Shown: one piece after another, positions 4,673-6,052 of the stretch
Layout of the letters: each line of letters begins with the position of its first letter
Numbering within the stretch: the first letter of the stretch is position 1
IMG/VR virus record: IMGVR_UViG_3300020030_000055
Coordinates: 1-6,052 of that record
Direction: 5' to 3' (one strand)
Origin: a virus
DNA length: 6,052 nt
Notes under the pieces: generated by a model
What the model was told of the DNA's origin: nothing
Seen by the model: only the letters and a program-made list of their open reading frames with translations
Databases searched by the model: none
Translations under genes and position numbers: made by a program

Positions 4673-4969
4673 CTATTTTTCTTCAGGGTTGGTAGGATTC
4701 GAAGTAGGTTTTGACTTATCGAGCTGAGAATCAATAAGTTCCTGACCGACCTCGAGACCGTCAAACTTATCCATACGAGAAAAGGAGTTAGGATCAAAAT
4801 CAATCTCGGGGTTAAACTTTTCACCCTTATCGAAATCAGAGGAGGAAGCCTCGACGTCTGGGCGACCGGGGAGAACGTCGACGGATCCTGAACCATCAAG
4901 AACGGACAAAATACGCTGACCACGCGAAATATACGCGGGAGTATCCTCAAGGAGCCAATCAAGTGCCAT
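4673..4969 (-). CDS. Hypothetical strongly acidic protein, 98 aa; possible internal scaffolding (VP3-like) protein
   Basis: ATG at 4969-4967, 12 nt after the VP1 stop, and TAG at 4675-4673. About 21 D/E against about 10 K/R residues (MALDWLLEDTPAYISRGQRILSVLDGSGSVDVLPGRPDVEASSSDFDKGEKFNPEIDFDPNSF...). An ATG start and sensible composition favour it over the overlapping 116-aa TTG-initiated frame. The scaffold assignment rests on composition and position only. Confidence 0.65.
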   Translation of the reverse strand: MALDWLLEDTPAYISRGQRILSVLDGSGSVDVLPGRPDVEASSSDFDKGEKFNPEIDFDPNSFSRMDKFDGLEVGQELIDSQLDKSKPTSNPTNPEEK

Positions 4970-4981
4970 AGAATCAATAGT

Positions 4982-6052
4982 TTAGCGATTAGACAAACGG
5001 GTCGCAAAGGTTTTATTAATAAGACTCTTCTTTTGTACCGAGTAGGACATATTCACAAAGAAATTATCCTCCACTTTAGAGAAAAAAGGAGAGTTAACCT
5101 GCGCCATATCAGTAAAAAGTATCGGATAGTAGTAAGATTCGGGCAGGGAGCCAGTACCACTGGAGGTCATAACAGCACGCTGTTGGATCCAATAGGCGTA
5201 AAGAGGAATACCAGAGCCTCCTTCAGCGGCGCTTTTATGATAGGCTTGGAGTTGACCAAGAGCCTCGTCATAAGAGGAGCGAAACTCATTAAAGCATGGC
5301 TCGGTAGCAAAACTACTGCCAGGATTAGCATTAAACGCTATACGAAAGCTCGGGATGTCCTGATAACCAATATCATTGTAAATGGGATTGAAGTAATCTG
5401 AGCCCATATAATTAAGATAGTCCGGCTTAATGAAACTCCAGTAGTAAACAGGCCTAATGCTCAACATATCAATCATGTAGCCAGGCTCGCGGAAATAATA
5501 AGACTGACGACGGCCGAGGCGATCGTTAAAGGCTATAGCACCACCTTGCTGGCCAAGAGGCGGCAGACTGTAAGTATCTCCTTCAAAGTTGTTCGCACCT
5601 GATTGATTCATAATAATCTGAACGTTAATCGTCTGCGAGGCGGAAAATAAAAGCTTCGGCCTATCGACATGTTCGATTTTTGAAGCAAAAAAAGTCTCCA
5701 ACCAATCGCTATAACGAGAACCTCCAGCGCCAAGCAAGTCTTTATACTCCTGAAGACGAGAGGCAATAGCCAACTGCGGGATAGTATTAACACCCGACAT
5801 GGAAACGGCCGAAGTCGAACCTACGGGGATAAGACGACTAAACCGGTCGGGATTCGAGGGTATAACGGCCATTGGGTGCGCCACTAAAAAATAAGCCAAA
5901 GCTGAAGCGGCGGTAGAACTGGTAGTGGGAAGGGTTTGCGAAATAATACCTTTAGAACCAAGCAAATTCGAGTCCGGATAGGCAGTAGCAACAGGGTAGC
6001 CATCGGTGGAGGCGCTGCCACTCTTTAAATCAGAACGGATAATCTGAAAAAA
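4982..6052 (-). CDS. VP1: Major capsid protein VP1, 3' portion (open at the right window edge; 5932-6052 duplicates 1-121); stop TAA at 4984-4982
   Basis: The track ORF 4982..5965 begins at an internal TTG, and the frame stays open upstream to 6052. Segments resemble conserved blocks of Microviridae capsid proteins as I recall them: RLQEYKDLLGAGGSRYSDWLETFF (cf. the ..GG.RY.E...FG block), FREPGYMIDMLSIRPVYYW, and EPCFNEFRSSYDEALG. The combined length of 602 aa suits the larger (Alpavirinae-like) VP1 proteins. Confidence 0.93.
   Translation of the reverse strand, partial: FFQIIRSDLKSGSASTDGYPVATAYPDSNLLGSKGIISQTLPTTSSTAASALAYFLVAHPMAVIPSNPDRFSRLIPVGSTSAVSMSGVNTIPQLAIASRLQEYKDLLGAGGSRYSDWLETFFASKIEHVDRPKLLFSASQTINVQIIMNQSGANNFEGDTYSLPPLGQQGGAIAFNDRLGRRQSYYFREPGYMIDMLSIRPVYYWSFIKPDYLNYMGSDYFNPIYNDIGYQDIPSFRIAFNANPGSSFATEPCFNEFRSSYDEALGQLQAYHKSAAEGGSGIPLYAYWIQQRAVMTSSGTGSLPESYYYPILFTDMAQVNSPFFSKVEDNFFVNMSYSVQKKSLINKTFATRLSNR
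5932..6052. repeat. Terminal redundancy, copy 2 (identical to 1..121); assembly overlap of a circular genome
   Basis: Same comparison as copy 1: 121/121 identical. The repeat lies inside the capsid ORF and keeps its reading frame. Confidence 0.95.

Noticed and set aside
4657-5007. Minus-strand 116-aa ORF overlapping the VP1 3' end and the whole acidic 98-aa gene
   Set aside because: It starts at TTG inside VP1. It is an L/I/R/S-rich alternative-frame product. The ATG-initiated 98-aa frame beginning 12 nt after the VP1 stop is the more parsimonious gene. Overprinting cannot be excluded without comparative data.
5033-5401. Plus-strand ORF, 122 aa
   Set aside because: It is antisense to the VP1 C-terminal half and has no supporting signals.
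1-6052. Search for tRNA, rRNA, CRISPR repeats, integrase/transposase, endolysin or inverted terminal repeats
   Set aside because: None was found. The only long repeat is the terminal assembly overlap. All space is accounted for by the one-strand microvirus gene set and two short intergenic regions. No phiX174-like origin sequence could be recognised by eye.

Overview
The window is one complete, circularly permuted genome of a small ssDNA phage of the family Microviridae. Bases 1-121 recur exactly at 5932-6052, so the unit circle is 5,931 nt and the assembly overran its own start. All credible genes lie on the minus strand of the window and are tightly packed. In transcription order (descending coordinates) they are:
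- major capsid protein VP1, 602 aa, split over the window ends (859->1, then 5931->4982)
- an acidic 98-aa protein
- a small membrane protein with a lipobox
- a 455-aa Gly/Ala-rich VP2-like pilot/minor capsid protein
- an accessory block of a candidate promoter, a 106-aa ORF, a 107-aa acidic ORF and a strong intrinsic terminator
- a 66-aa ORF joined by a TAATG overlap to VP4
- the HUH rolling-circle replication initiator VP4, 356 aa

No gene has a Shine-Dalgarno sequence. The coding strand carries Bacteroides-type TAnnTTTG boxes, which points (inference only) to a Bacteroidota host and an Alpavirinae-like gut microvirus. No endolysin, integrase, tRNA or CRISPR array is present.

The items most worth follow-up are candidates for the unidentified lysis or exclusion function. 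They are the small lipoprotein-like ORF (4348-4650), an overprinted +1-frame ORF inside the acidic 107-aa gene (2207-2410, with a J/VP8-like basic tail ending just before the terminator), and a two-TM +1-frame ORF inside VP4 (976-1335). The self-contained promoter-to-terminator accessory cassette (2164-2955) also merits a look. All functional calls for the small ORFs are inference from sequence features; no database search was possible.
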